Origin: Octopus sinensis
Taxonomy: Eukaryota
DNA: 64,000 nt
Direction: 5' to 3'
NCBI RefSeq assembly: GCF_006345805.1
Contig: NC_043006.1
Coordinates: 40,362,001-40,426,000 of the forward strand
Of this stretch, positions 52,265 through 64,000 are shown piece after piece (positions within the stretch are counted from its first letter, which is position 1; each line of letters opens with the position of its first letter). The translations under genes and the position numbers were made by a program. Below the pieces are notes generated by a model. That model made no database searches and was not told where the DNA came from. It saw only the letters and a program-made list of their open reading frames with translations.

Positions 52265-52886
52265 TTAACCCTTTCAATACCAACCCGGCTGAAACTTCTG
52301 GCTCTGTAGTATAAATGTCTTGCTTTCAAAAGTTTCGAATTAAAATCTTCCACCAAACCTTAGTCACAATTTATGTTCCTAACACTTACTTTAATGATAA
52401 CTAAGTTATTTTACTAAATTCTTTGTTATATTTAACCCTTTTGATACCAAACTGCCTGAAACCGCCTCTGGTTCTGAGTACAAATGTCTTGTTTCCAAAA
52501 GTTCTGAATTAAAATCTTCCACCAAACCTTAGTCACAATTTAAGTGCCTAACACTAGCTTAATGATAACTAAGTTATTTTACTAAATTCTTTGACATAAT
52601 TTAACCCTTTTGATACCAAACTGCCTGAAACCGCCTCTGGTTCTGAGTTCAAATGTCTTGTTTCCAAAAGTTCTGAATTAAAATCTTCCACCAAACCTTA
52701 GTCACAATTTAAGTGCCTAACACTAGCTTAATGATAACTAAGTTATTTTACTAAATTCTTTGTTATATTTAAAATTAATTGAAAGAAACACAGAGCGTCT
52801 CAACAGAAATGTGGTAACAAAAGGGTTAAAATTAATTGAAAGAAACACAGAGCATCTCAAAATAATTACGGTAACGAAAGGGTTAA
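52265..52886. mobile_element. Stack of piggyBac-like MITEs (three left ends, two right ends)
   Basis: TTAA-CCCTTT starts at 52265, 52432 and 52601; AAGGG-TTAA ends at 52829 and 52886. A single reverse-orientation copy lies at 36412-36640. Confidence 0.75.
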
Positions 52887-53286
52887 CGAGTTTAACTTAT
52901 GTTAACTCTTTCTCTTCCTCTCTTTCTATATAATGTGAGGCATGACTGGAGGAATCACCCAACCAACCAACCATTATATTGGCTTTTATTCAACAGAGAT
53001 ATAAGGCAATGAGCTGGTAGAATCATGTGCACGCCAAGCAGTATGCTTAGCGGTATTTTGTCTCCCTTTAAGTGCTGAGTTCAAATTCTGTTGAAGTCGA
53101 CTTTGCCCTTCATCCTTTATGGATTGATAAAATTAGTACCAGTTGAACACAGGGAATTGATGTGACTGGCATACCCACTCTCTTGGAAATTGCTGGCTTT
53201 GTGTCAGAATTTGAAACCATTATTAGATATAGAGATGTTGTTATATTATTTGATTGTAATTTACTTTCTTTGTCTTCTCCTTTCAG

Positions 53287-53466
53287 GTATATTCATTTGG
53301 TTGCAATGATGAAGGCGCTTTAGGACGTGATACAACAGAAGAAGGCTCAGAAACTACACCGCAGCTTGTTGAGTTACCTGGGAAAGTGGTGCAAGTATCA
53401 GCAGGAGATAGTCACTCTGCAGCTTTGTTTGAAGATGGCAAGGTTTTTGTTTGGGGTAACTTCAGG
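53287..53466 (+). CDS. RCC1: RCC1 exon ([60 protein letters not shown])
   Basis: tttcag| acceptor and AGG|gtgagt donor; 180 nt, phase 0/0. Matches human [16 protein letters not shown]...[10 protein letters not shown]...WGSFR. Confidence 0.98.
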
Positions 53467-55236
53467 GTGAGTAGTCTGTATGCTTTTTCCCACCTGCTGA
53501 CCCCTACTCTGGACTTCCACTGGCAGAAAACAATCATTATTGTTAGCATGTCAAATGAAATGCTTTGCAGCACTTCTTCCAACTCTCATCGTCATCATAC
53601 ATCCGTAGTCCATGCTGGCATGGGTTGGACAGTTTAACCTAAACTGATAAACTGGAAAGCTGCACCAGAGTCCAGTCTGATTTGGCATGGTTTTCTATAA
53701 CTGGATGCTCTTCTTAATGCCAACCAGGGTGTAATGGGTGCTTTTACATGCCACCAGGGTGCTTTTTATGTGCCCCCTGCATGGGTGTCAATTTGTCTGA
53801 TACCAGTATCTGCCACAACTGCAATTTTGCTCAGCTTGATGGGCCTTCTTCTCAAGTATACTATAATGCCAAAGGTCTCGGTCATTGTCTCCTTGAGGCC
53901 CAAAATCCTACTGAGGTTTACTTTGCATTTCATGCCATTGGGGGTCGATAAAATCAAGCACCACCCAGATACAAGGGTCCAACGTAATCGACTAAATCCT
54001 TCCCACTTAAATCATTCGCCTTTAACCCTGCAAGAGACCAACATCCTATTCAAGGCGAGTGTTGTCTTGTCAGTTAAATGATGTCAAGACAAGGAGACAC
54101 ACATGCATAGAAGTGGGTACTGAAAAGTTCCTGGCTTTAAGGGTATCATGAAAGGCCTGGTTGGAGGCCCAACCTTCCAAGTTCTTTTACAAGGCTTAGA
54201 AAAACTGAAGGACCACTGCAATAAGTGTGTGAATCCATGAGGGAAATATGGTAAATAAGATCATAATTAATTGGTCCTCCTGTATTTTCTTTTACCCAAA
54301 GCCAGGAACTTTTCAGCATCTCCTCATACATATATTGAATGGCATTGGTTGGCCCAGGGTTTTAGTAAAAGACACTTATACAAGGTACCAGGCTCTGGGA
54401 TTGACCCTGAAACCAGAAAGCAAACTTCTAAACCACACAGCCTTGTCTGTGCCTATACATTTTATTAGGAAATTTTGATAACAATTGCCAGAGCTTTCTT
54501 TTTATGATGCAGATCAATTTTAATTCATAGCCATATGGTTAAGGAGTTCACTTTACAACCATATGGTATGGTTTTGGGTTCAGTCCCACTGTGCAGCACC
54601 ATAGGCAAGTAGTGTCTTCTACTATAGCCCATGGCTGACCAATGCTTTCGGAGTAAATTTGGAAACAGTGAGAAGCCCTTCGTGTGTGTTTATGTCCCCT
54701 CTTCACAACCACTGTTGGTTTGTTTACATCCTCTTTACATAGTGTTTTGGCAAAAGTGACTGCTATAATACTTACTGGGGATTGATTTGTAAACTAACTT
54801 ACCAAGTCAGTGCTCCAGCATGGCTACAGTTCAGTGACTAAGACCAGTGAAAGAGTTAAGTCTTTAGCAACCAATTAATTCTGATTAAACCTAATCATTT
54901 AACATCCATTTTCCATGCTAGCATGTTTTGGGCAATTTGACAAGATCTCATCAGCCGCAAGGCTGCATTAAGCTCCAATATCAGCTTTGGTGTGGTTTTT
55001 ATGGCTGGATGCCTTCCTAATGCCAACCACTTCAGAGAATATACCTGATGCTTTTTTCATGACCCCACTCTAGTGAAGTCACCTAGCAACTTGCAAGGTA
55101 GGAAAAGAAAAAAGCACCCTCCTGTGATTTTAAGTTCCATCTTCCTCTCTGTCTTTGTCTGGTTCTTCTTCTTTTGATTCCTCTTTATTGAAACATTGTT
55201 CTTGAAAAGTTTTCTACTTTGTTATTCTCTTTGTAG

Positions 55237-55381
55237 GACGGAAATGGTTCACTTGGCCTCACGACAGAGGGCGCTGTGAAAGAACCAATGGAATATGTAC
55301 CATCAGAAATATTTGTGAAAATAGCAAGTGGAGGAGATCATTTGGTTTTGTTAACTCTAGATGGTAGAATTTATACTGCTG
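55237..55381 (+). CDS. RCC1: RCC1 exon (DGNGSLGLTTEGAVKEPMEYVPSEIFVKIASGGDHLVLLTLDGRIYTA-G)
   Basis: ttgtag| acceptor and G|gtaaga donor. Matches human DNNGVIGL...VKVASGNDHLVMLT; the Asp of the SGxDHL motif is retained. Confidence 0.96.
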
Positions 55382-56922
55382 GTAAGAATATTATTTTACA
55401 TTCTGAGCTTTTGTCTTTTTGGGCTTGATAATATTAAGTTCTAGCCAAATACTGGTATGAATGAAATCAACTTGACCATTGCCTATAATGTTGCTGGCCT
55501 TGAGGCTCACTGCCCTCTATCACTCATGCAATGCAACATATATATAGAAATGTCATGGAGGTGAACAGCAATGATATTCTCAGGAAAACTCTAGGCATCA
55601 ACAAGGAAGAATTGGCTGTTCTGTGTCTGAGAATTTTCAAAACAGGAACTAGTAGGGATAACTTCCATAGATCCATAACCTAGCAATGCTGCTGTGGGGC
55701 ACTGCCATTTCAATGTAAACTCTACAGGCGCAGAAGTGCTGTCGGGTAAACTACTTGAGATGCGTGCTAGGCAATGGAACCATACTGCACACACTTATGC
55801 AGTGTCCGAGGATGACTCCAACTGTTGGTTGAAGCCTTTGTGAGGATCACCCCAGCACCCACCTTTAACAAAGTAGGGCAGATAGTGGTCCTGTCTGGTG
55901 GCTATGGTGAAAGATGTTGAAAAAAAGTTAACGGCACCTTCTTTAGTTAAGCCCTCATTGACTTAAGTTCAACTTGGAAAGGGAAGTGCTCCCTCCTAGT
56001 GAATTGGAAAAGTGCAGAAGCCTGTTCTAATTGTGTCACCACTTGACAATCAGTTTCATTTAGTTTATAGCCTTTTAACTTTAATAGTTTGGTTTAATCT
56101 TTTTGCATTTAATCCATCTCTACCCCACCACCATATTTTGCCTGTTTTATGTTCATACTGGCGTTAGGAAGAGCATCCAGCTGTAGAAACACTGCCAGAT
56201 CAGACTGGAGCCTGGTGCAGCCTTCTGGCTTCCCAGATCCCCTGTCGAACTGTCCAACCCATGCTAGCATGGAGAACGGACGTTAAACGATGATGATGAT
56301 GGCCAGATCTAACCTCTCACACCTATTCTTCAGTGTCATTCTAAAAGTATACAACCACATCATCAAAATTTCAAAGCTATGAGATAATGTATGATTAATT
56401 CAAAACAATATCAATAAATAAGCACTTCATTTGACAGAGTAATCTAAATGCTAAAGGGTTAAAACGAAAAATGAACTGATTGAATAAGTACTTGGTACTA
56501 GGATTAATTTGAAAAAAAGAAAAAGATGAAAAAGTGCAGGCATGGTGGTGTTGTCAAGAAGCTTGTTTTGCAACCAGTCTCACTGTGCAGCACCTTGGCT
56601 GAGTGTTTCTAACACTATTGTCATGGATGAACCAATTCCTTGTGAGTGGATTCAGTAACCAGAAACTGTGGAAGCATGGTGTATATGTATACATGCGTTT
56701 ATGTTTGACAACTGGTGTTTGTTTGTTTACATCCCCATAACTTAGCAGTAAAAGAAAGTTAAAAATAAAAGCTAATATAGTCTTAGATTCATATTGTCTG
56801 AATTATATGATGAGTTGGTTTTGAGAAGCTTTTAATCATGGGTTTGCTGAAATGGAATTCACCTATGGCTTAATATCAATGACAAGTGTAAGAATTATGT
56901 TAATTATATTGTTTACTTTCAG

Positions 56923-56994
56923 GCTGTGGAGAACAGGGACAACTTGGCAGAATTGCCAAACAATTTTCCAGTCGTGGTGGAAGAAAAGGCTTAG
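56923..56994 (+). CDS. RCC1: RCC1 exon (GCGEQGQLGRIAKQFSSRGGRKGL)
   Basis: actttcag| acceptor and G|gtaacg donor; 72 nt, phase 1/1. Matches human GCGEQGQLGRV...NRGGRQGL. Confidence 0.96.
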   Translation, partial: AVENRDNLAELPNNFPVVVEEKA

Positions 56995-57079
56995 GTAACG
57001 GCTTGATTTCTTGTTTAAATTTTATTCTGTTCCATCCAATTTATCTCATATTACCTCAAAACTACAAGGGTGACATCAT

Positions 57080-57290
57080 CATCATCATTGTCACCCATTA
57101 TTTTGAATCCAGGTTTTGTCCCTGTTAACAGGGGTGATGGGATCTACCTCAAGGCCATAGTAACTGCCCCTACACCATCTTGCCATCTTGCCTGGTTTTG
57201 GGCTTCCTCCCTTCTCAAGCCAACCCTCCCAATCTCCTCCTCCACTTGTCCCTTGGTCTACCTCATTTTCGCTGTGCATTTGACAGTATA
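57080..57290 (-). mobile_element. RTE-like LINE 3' tail fragment (same family as 36870-37260)
   Basis: The reverse complement shares GGTAGATCC...GGACAAAACCTGGATT with the 37200-37250 copy; ends in (CAT)n on +. Confidence 0.6.
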
Positions 57291-57730
57291 TTTTATTTTA
57301 AGAATGTCATAGGGCTGAAGTGAGAACTGGATATGACTGGTTTAAATGATAAATGGTGACAATGAGTTTTAAAATCTCGTATATATCAACACATGTCCTG
57401 TTCCATCTTATTTTCCCTACTAAACCTACTAAGATAGGCCAAAAAAAACCTCAAGAAGGGCAAAAATTTGTACTCTTGTTTTTTCATCAACTGACCTTTG
57501 GCACAAAATGGATTCAACTGAAAAAATATTCCGCTTGTGTCACAGAAATTGTTGCCAGATGTAAGGGTAGCTTCTGATTGGCTGATAGATGAAGTGATAC
57601 GTTTTCTGAGCTACTGACCATAGGGCCAAAAGAATTATAAGTTTCAGTATGAATTATGTTCCACTGCTCATTTAACTGATACAAATAAGTGGTACCTTAT
57701 TTGTACCACCCAGCTTGAAAGAATTAAACT

Positions 57731-58174
57731 ACATTATTTACATTTGACGGATATTTGTCCTCATCTTGTTTGTTGTTAACACAACATTTCAGCTGATATA
57801 CCCTCCAGCCTTCATCAGGTGTATTGGGGAAATTTCGAACCTGGGTTCTCATTCCTAAGGTATTTTCTATGTTATTATTATTATTCAGGTCACTGCCTGG
57901 AATCGAACTTGGAATCTTGGGGTTAGTAGCCATGCTCTTAACCACTACAGGCAATGGTTTAGAGTGCGGGCTACTAATCCCAAGATTCTGAGTTCGATTC
58001 CAGGCAGTGATCTGAATAAATAATAATAATAACATTGAAAGATACCTTAGGAATGAGAACCCAGGTTCAAAATTTCTCCAAGACACCTGATGAAGGCTGG
58101 AGAGTATATCAGCCAAAACATTGTGTTAACAACAAACAAGATGAGGACAAATATCCGTCAAATGTAAATAATGT
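57731..58174. mobile_element. Second copy of the palindromic composite element
   Basis: Same two-arm organisation and sequence as 50460-50884. Confidence 0.7.
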
Positions 58175-58286
58175 ACATAATTACTCATCTCTTAAACTAG
58201 CCTCATTTCTAAAATGTATTTTTTATCAGCTGATTTCTAGACTGAGTTCATGTTTCATCTTTTTATTTATTATTTCTTTGTTGTAG

Positions 58287-58442
58287 AATTGATTTTATCA
58301 CCACAAGTAGTCCGTTTCAGAGCATCCACCAAGGTTCAGCCTAAATTCTCTGATATTTGGGCAATTCAGTATGCCACATTTGCTGAGGAAAAACAAACTG
58401 GACATATATACAGTTGGGGTTTAAATAATTATGATCAGCTTG
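58287..58442 (+). CDS. RCC1: RCC1 exon (ELILSPQVVRFRASTKVQPKFSDIWAIQYATFAEEKQTGHIYSWGLNNYDQL-G)
   Basis: ttgtag| acceptor and G|gtaagt donor; phase 1/1. Matches human GHVYGFGLSNYHQLG. Confidence 0.95.
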
Positions 58443-60654
58443 GTAAGTACTGATTATTATTATTTTTATGTATTTCTAATTCAGCCTCTGCTCTTTGATT
58501 TCAGTGATATAACATCACTGAAGTTAATTTACTTGCTTTGATGTGGAATTTTGGAATTTTTTGAGTACTTTTGTGGTAAACTTTCAGCCAAATCAAATTC
58601 ATAATTTTCTGATTGGAGTAATTTCCCTTGTATTGCTTTGTTAATGGTATTCAACATCATGTTATCTCTTATGAAATCTACAAATATAGTTTTTAAAAAT
58701 CATCATGGAAACCTGAACAAAAGGCTTTTTATGACATGGGAGATTGATGTGGTTCATGTTCACCTTCATCAGCTGCTGGGAGAACAAGGTTACGGTAGAA
58801 GTGTGTGCTGGAGAATGTTGGGGGTCAGGGTGATGAGAGGAATGTGTCAAATGGATTTGAGTGGAGGTGACTATACAACTGAGTCATTCTAAGGAGTAGA
58901 AACCAAATTACATATTAGCTAAGATTAACCTGGTTTTTAACAAAACAAAAAAAATCGCTAAGCACAGACTTGGCTGTTTGGTGAGAAATTTCTTTCCAAC
59001 CATATGATTCCCAATTCAATTCCATTGCGCAACACCTCGGGCTGACCAGAACCTTGTGAGAGGATTTGATTCATGGAAACTGAAAGAAGCCCGTCTGCGT
59101 TGGTGTGTTTACATCCCCATATCTTAGTAGTTTGGCAAAAGAGACCAATAGAACAAGTACAGGGCTTTAAAAAGTGCTGGAGTCATTGAAATGCTAAATG
59201 ATTAAAGGTTGGCTGAGGTGTAGTATTTGGTACAATTGAACATTTCATATTCTTAATGACTGCTTTCTCATCCACTTGTGAAGTAGGAAGTGATAGCTAT
59301 CATAAGCTCTACTGAATGATATTAAGAGAAATGTGCCTGACTGTGTAGGGTGTGTGTTTGAGTCTTGTTTAGACATTCTTCTAGAAGGAAATGGACTAAT
59401 GCATACATTGGTTTAGAGAGTGGAATCGGCTCTGTGCAAGGCCTTCCTGAAATTTAAAAAGTTTCAGGCACAGACAGTGCTTGATTTCTGATAGGTCTAT
59501 TATGTGGTGCATTCTCAGAGAGGCAATGACCAAGGCCTTTGGCATGATGTTGTGCTTGAGAAAAAAACTCATCGAGCTAAGCAAAATCGCAAATTGCACG
59601 TAAAAGCACCCATTACACTCTCAGAGTGGTTGGTGTTAGGAAGGGTGTCCAACTATACAAAACCATGCCAGATCAGACTGGAGTCTGGTGCAGCCTTCCA
59701 GCTTGCCATCCCTGGTCAAACCGTCCAACCCATGGCAGCATGGACAACAGATGTTAAATGGTGATGATTTTTTTTATATATATATATATACACATCAGAT
59801 GCATCACTATCAGATGTTATACATCACTGGTCACAATGTGCTTTGCATTGTTTTAGCTTTCAAATGATACCCACATTTCCCCTGATCAGAAGCTGGTCCA
59901 TTGCCGGGTTACCCATTTAGAACTGGGTGTATTGGACCAAGATGAAATGAAGTGTTTTCATCAAGAATACAACACGCTGCTTAGTCCCGGAATCACACTT
60001 ACAATTTAGCAAATCGTGAGCGCAACACCTAATCCAGGGATCAGGGAACGTTTTTTTAACCAATTACCCTAAAATATATTTATTTATGCTAACGTTACTT
60101 CCTTGATTTGAAAGGAAGAAAATCCTAGATTCTTTGAATTCAAGAGGTTTATTAAATCTGTTTATATGGAGAATACAATTATGAATATAAAAAGTATAAC
60201 ACATATGCTATAAAATAAATTAATATCCTCATTGTGACACAAAAGGATTTTTCTAGAAACCTTTTCACTTTAGGTTTTGAAGAAATGATGTTGACAATGC
60301 CTTTGCAACCAAACTGCTTGTAGTTCAAAATGACGTGAATCTCCTAAACTCATCCATTACATTGGACAGATGCAGTGTTGCCAGAAGAAAAAAATCTTTT
60401 TATATAATTTTATTCATGTCTAATGAATCCGATTAGCCCCAAGAATTTCATTTTTACCCCCAGTTGGAGGTAATTTACCCCGGTTTGCCAACTCCTACCC
60501 TAATCACTAGGCCATATATTTGTCCATCCATTACAAGTTTCGAACTTGTGGTAAATACTCTTGTGTGCTTTGACAGACGTAACTATCTTTTGTCGATGTT
60601 TGGTTGTTCTTGTTAAAATGCTTCCATTTTTGGTTTTCTTCTTTGCCTTTGTAG

Positions 60655-60768
60655 GTTTCAGTGATTTGGAAGACAGATTTGTTCCACAAAAAGTCCTCAG
60701 TTTTAGCGACCAAACTTGGTTGGATATAGGAGGTGGCATGCATCATACAGTAGCGCTTAGCAGTGATG
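60655..60768 (+). CDS. RCC1: RCC1 exon (GFSDLEDRFVPQKVLSFSDQTWLDIGGGMHHTVALSSD-G)
   Basis: tttgtag| acceptor and G|gtaagt donor; phase 1/1. Matches human SGGQHHTVCMDSEG. Confidence 0.95.
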
Positions 60769-61480
60769 GTAAGTCAGATGTATTTTTACTACTCCAGCCT
60801 CTGTAGTGTATAATTAAAATTTTCACCACCGAGTCCACTCTTGTAAGGTGGTTGGGTTTTGGAAGGGCATCCAGCTGTAAAAACCATCCCAAAACGGACA
60901 ATGAAACCTAGTACAGTCGTCTGCCTAGCTAGCCCCTGTCAGACCATCCAACCCATGCCAGCATGGAAAACGGACATTAATGATGACGACTAGTTTTATT
61001 TTCATTGTTATTGTGAAGGAAGGCATGGCTTGAATTGTTTGACAGGAGCCAATAAGCCAGAGGACTGCATCAAGCTCCAATGTCTGCTTTGATTTGGTTT
61101 CTACTGCTGGCTGCCCTTCCTAATGTCGACCACTTCATAGAGTATAGTGAGTGCTTTTTACATGGCATTGGCACTAGTGAGGTCACTGACTAATTGACAA
61201 GACATGACCCTTCAAGTGAGTGGAGTGTAGTATTGAGGGAAATGGCTTTGTGCCGGGTGATGAGAGATTTTAAAGTATAATGGAGGACATTGTTATTAGC
61301 AAAAATATAAACATCAAAGCTTCATACAACATTTTCTTTTCAATCTCATTATTATTTTCGTTTTATTTCTTCTGTCTCACCCTGTACAACCTTAGCCTTA
61401 GCCTCAAATTTCCTTTCCTAAACTGTGTATTTGTGTCAGTCAAAGTGCCTAACTCTTGTTTACCTTTGTTTTAATTCCAG

Positions 61481-61636
61481 GTAAAGTGTATGTTTTGGGG
61501 CGTGGGGATTACGGACGTCTTGGTTTAGGAGAGGCTGTCACTCTGGCAAATCAGCCCACTCGTGTTGAGGCATTGAAAGATAAAGTTATCAAGATTTCAG
61601 CTGCTGGTTCTGTTTCCTATGGAATTACATCAGATG
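61481..61636 (+). CDS. RCC1: RCC1 exon (GKVYVLGRGDYGRLGLGEAVTLANQPTRVEALKDKVIKISAAGSVSYGITSD-G)
   Basis: ttccag| acceptor and G|gtatgt donor. Matches human GKAYSLGRAEYGRLGLGE. Confidence 0.96.
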
Positions 61637-62621
61637 GTATGTTAACCCTTAGCAATATCTTCTCTTACTGCCTCTTTTATTTATTTTTTTTTTTTACTTG
61701 TCAGTCATTGGACTGCGGCCATGCTGGGGCACCACCTTAAAGGATTCAGTCAAACAAATTGACTTATTTTTAAATCTGGTATTTGTTCTGATGGCTTGTG
61801 TCAAACTGCTAAGTTACAGGAGTGGTGACACTGATGGGTGGGGGACAAACATGATCTCACACACAGTAATGCAAAGACACCAATAATCCCTCTTCTCCAT
61901 CTCCTCCTGCACCAGTTGAGGGGTTTTTTTTCTAGCAAGTTATTTAGCAACCTCACTATTGTTGGTGCCACTTAAAAATCAACCAGTGGTTGGTGTTAGG
62001 AAGGGCATCCAGGCATGAAAGACATGCCAAAGCAGACAGCAGAGCTTGGTGCAGTTTTCTGACTTGACAGTTCCTGTCAAACTGTCCAACCCATACTGTG
62101 ATTGGATTCACTTCAACATTTAAATATTCATTTGCCAAAATATTTTCGTCGCTTTGAGACTGCGACCTGTTCACTGACAAAATTCCATGCTGCATCTCAG
62201 CACGAAGTGAATCTAACGGTTTTTGTGTTTCTTAAATGGCTTATAAACGCCCTCCATGCAACAATTGTTTTTGTTCCAGCACACGATCTCAGATCAGGTG
62301 ACTTGCTATGCAAGTACATCCCCGTAATTATAATTTAGAACAAACCGTAAAAGGTTGTGTGTGTATTTGCATATACATATTAGTGTGAGTGTATACGTAT
62401 GTAGACATTGTAAACGCAAGAGGTATTATGCTTATGGCCTGTATTTTTTGTATATTTGTCCACGTATAAGAGTTACTTCCCTTAACGATTTTTTTTCATA
62501 ACGTTTGTTGCCAATAAGCTAATGAGAATGTATCGTAGCTCATCGCTCCGACATTTAAAACATCAAGTTCTATAATGACAGCCTTTTGCTGTTTGTTCTA
62601 AATTATAACATATATATAAAT

Positions 62622-62930
62622 AGGTGCAGGAGTGGCTGTGTGGTAAGTAGCTTGCTTACCAACCACATGGTTCCAGGTTCAGTCCTACCACGTGGCACCT
62701 TGGGCAAGTGTCTTCTACTATAGTCTGGGGCCGACCAAAGCCTTGTCAATGGATTTGGAAGACGGAAACTGAAAGAAGCCCTTCGTGTGTGTGTGTCCAT
62801 AATTTAGTAGTTCAGCAAAAGAGACTGATAGAATAAGTACTAGGCTTACAAAGAATAAGTCCTGGGGTTGATTTGCTCGACTAAGAGTGGTGTTCCTGCA
62901 GTCAAATGACTGAAACAAATAAAAGAATAT
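62622..62930 (+). mobile_element. Family A SINE in an RCC1 intron
   Basis: ggtgcaggagtggctgtgtggtaagtagcttgcttacc...gtcaaatgactgaaacaa. Confidence 0.8.
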
Positions 62931-63409
62931 ATATAAATATGTATCCCATCTCCTTTCTCTGCATGTGTTTGTATGCTTTTGTTCTGTGCCAAAAAGTAGT
63001 TCCCAAAACTGGCTAAATGTCCGGCCAACTACATGAAACGGTCACAGTCCAAACAACTGCATTTCATTGTGTAAGATCAGTGGAATTTGATTTAGAAAAT
63101 CACTTACTCGAAAGACACTTAAGAGTTGGTGACAGGAAAAGCACCCAGCTGTAATAATCCTGCCTCAGATCAGACCCCATACAACCCATGCTAGAAGGGG
63201 GGGGGGGAAACACATTAAATGAACTAATCAATATATACATATGTGCACGTGCATGCACATTTCAATGAATTTGATGTAGAATGTTGTTGTTGCAATCCAG
63301 TTGTCTTTCAAATTAATTCATATTGCAAAGCCAACATCACTCTCTCTCTCTCTTTAATTTTTCTAATGAAAAGTTTCCTTTGTTTTTTTTTTGCTTTTTT
63401 TTTTTACAG

Positions 63410-63515
63410 GTAAATTATATGCTTGGGGCATGGGTACAAACAATCAACTGGCTAGTGGAAACGATGACGATGCTTGGACTCCAAAGCAGATGGGTGGCAA
63501 ACAGCTTGCAGAAAG
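63410..63515 (+). CDS. RCC1: RCC1 penultimate exon (GKLYAWGMGTNNQLASGNDDDAWTPKQMGGKQLAE-R); final exon outside window
   Basis: Polypyrimidine tract plus acag| acceptor. Matches human [36 protein letters not shown]. Probable donor AG|gtcagt at 63516. The conserved final VSSGGQH segment is not seen in the remaining 485 bp. Confidence 0.93.
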
Positions 63516-64000
63516 GTCAGTACATTACATAAACACATCATCCGACTGACACATTGTCTGGTTTTTGGTCTGATGGACACCAGATTATTATTCTTAATAT
63601 ACTTGTAAAATTAACAAGTGTAGGTTTGTAGTGACTTGACAGGTATTTTTGATTGGTCTTTGTAACATAGTAGTTTAATGCTTTGTATGTTAAATTGGGA
63701 CAAAATTTAACATACTCACACACACAGATGGAAAATGAATACTGCTGTTAAAACATCCAAAATAATGGTTTCTAAGGCAACAAGCCAGCAGAATTGTTAG
63801 AACAGCAAGTAAAATACATAGCAGTGTTTCATCTATTTTTACGTTCTGAGTTCAAATTCTGCCATGGTCGGCTTTGCCTTTCATCCTTTCAGGGCCAATA
63901 AAATAAGTACCAGCTGCATATTGGAGTCAATGTAATTTACTTACACCCCTCCTCAAACTTGCTGGCCTTGCACCAAACTTTGAGATCAATATCAATAGTT

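Noticed and set aside
45636-63409. Possible intronic U17/SNORA73 snoRNA, because vertebrate RCC1 is linked to the U17 host gene
   Set aside because: By eye I found no ATATTCCTA/AAACCAT motif pair or convincing H/ACA fold. This is not exhaustive; an Infernal scan would be needed.

Overview
AT-rich, repeat-dense animal genomic DNA. It is most likely an octopod cephalopod, inferred from the tRNA-derived/CORE-type SINE families and the dense (TA)n/(CA)n/(GA)n tracts. The one confidently identified host gene is RCC1 (regulator of chromosome condensation 1, Ran GEF) on the + strand. Nine coding exons lie at 49565-63515 with canonical GT-AG junctions and consistent phases. A candidate 3-codon first exon (M-S-N) sits at 45627-45635, and the last exon lies beyond the window. 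A CpG-rich, probably bidirectional promoter lies at about 45.3-45.65 kb. The rest is mostly mobile DNA: a full-length but dead Tc1 (DD34E) element at 2031-3688, DD37D-type mariner remnants, RTE-LINE 3' fragments, at least four SINE families, and hAT-, Tc1- and piggyBac-like MITEs, several of them nested. The most unusual structures are (i) a ~99% identical 1.1-kb palindrome with an 18-nt loop at 26900-27999, (ii) repeated ~430-bp palindromic elements combining a tRNA-like head with hammerhead-ribozyme-like cores, two of them in RCC1 introns, (iii) a near-identical 1.88-kb tandem duplication bounded by (TA)n, and (iv) a self-nested piggyBac-like MITE stack. All comparisons were made by eye; no databases were searched.
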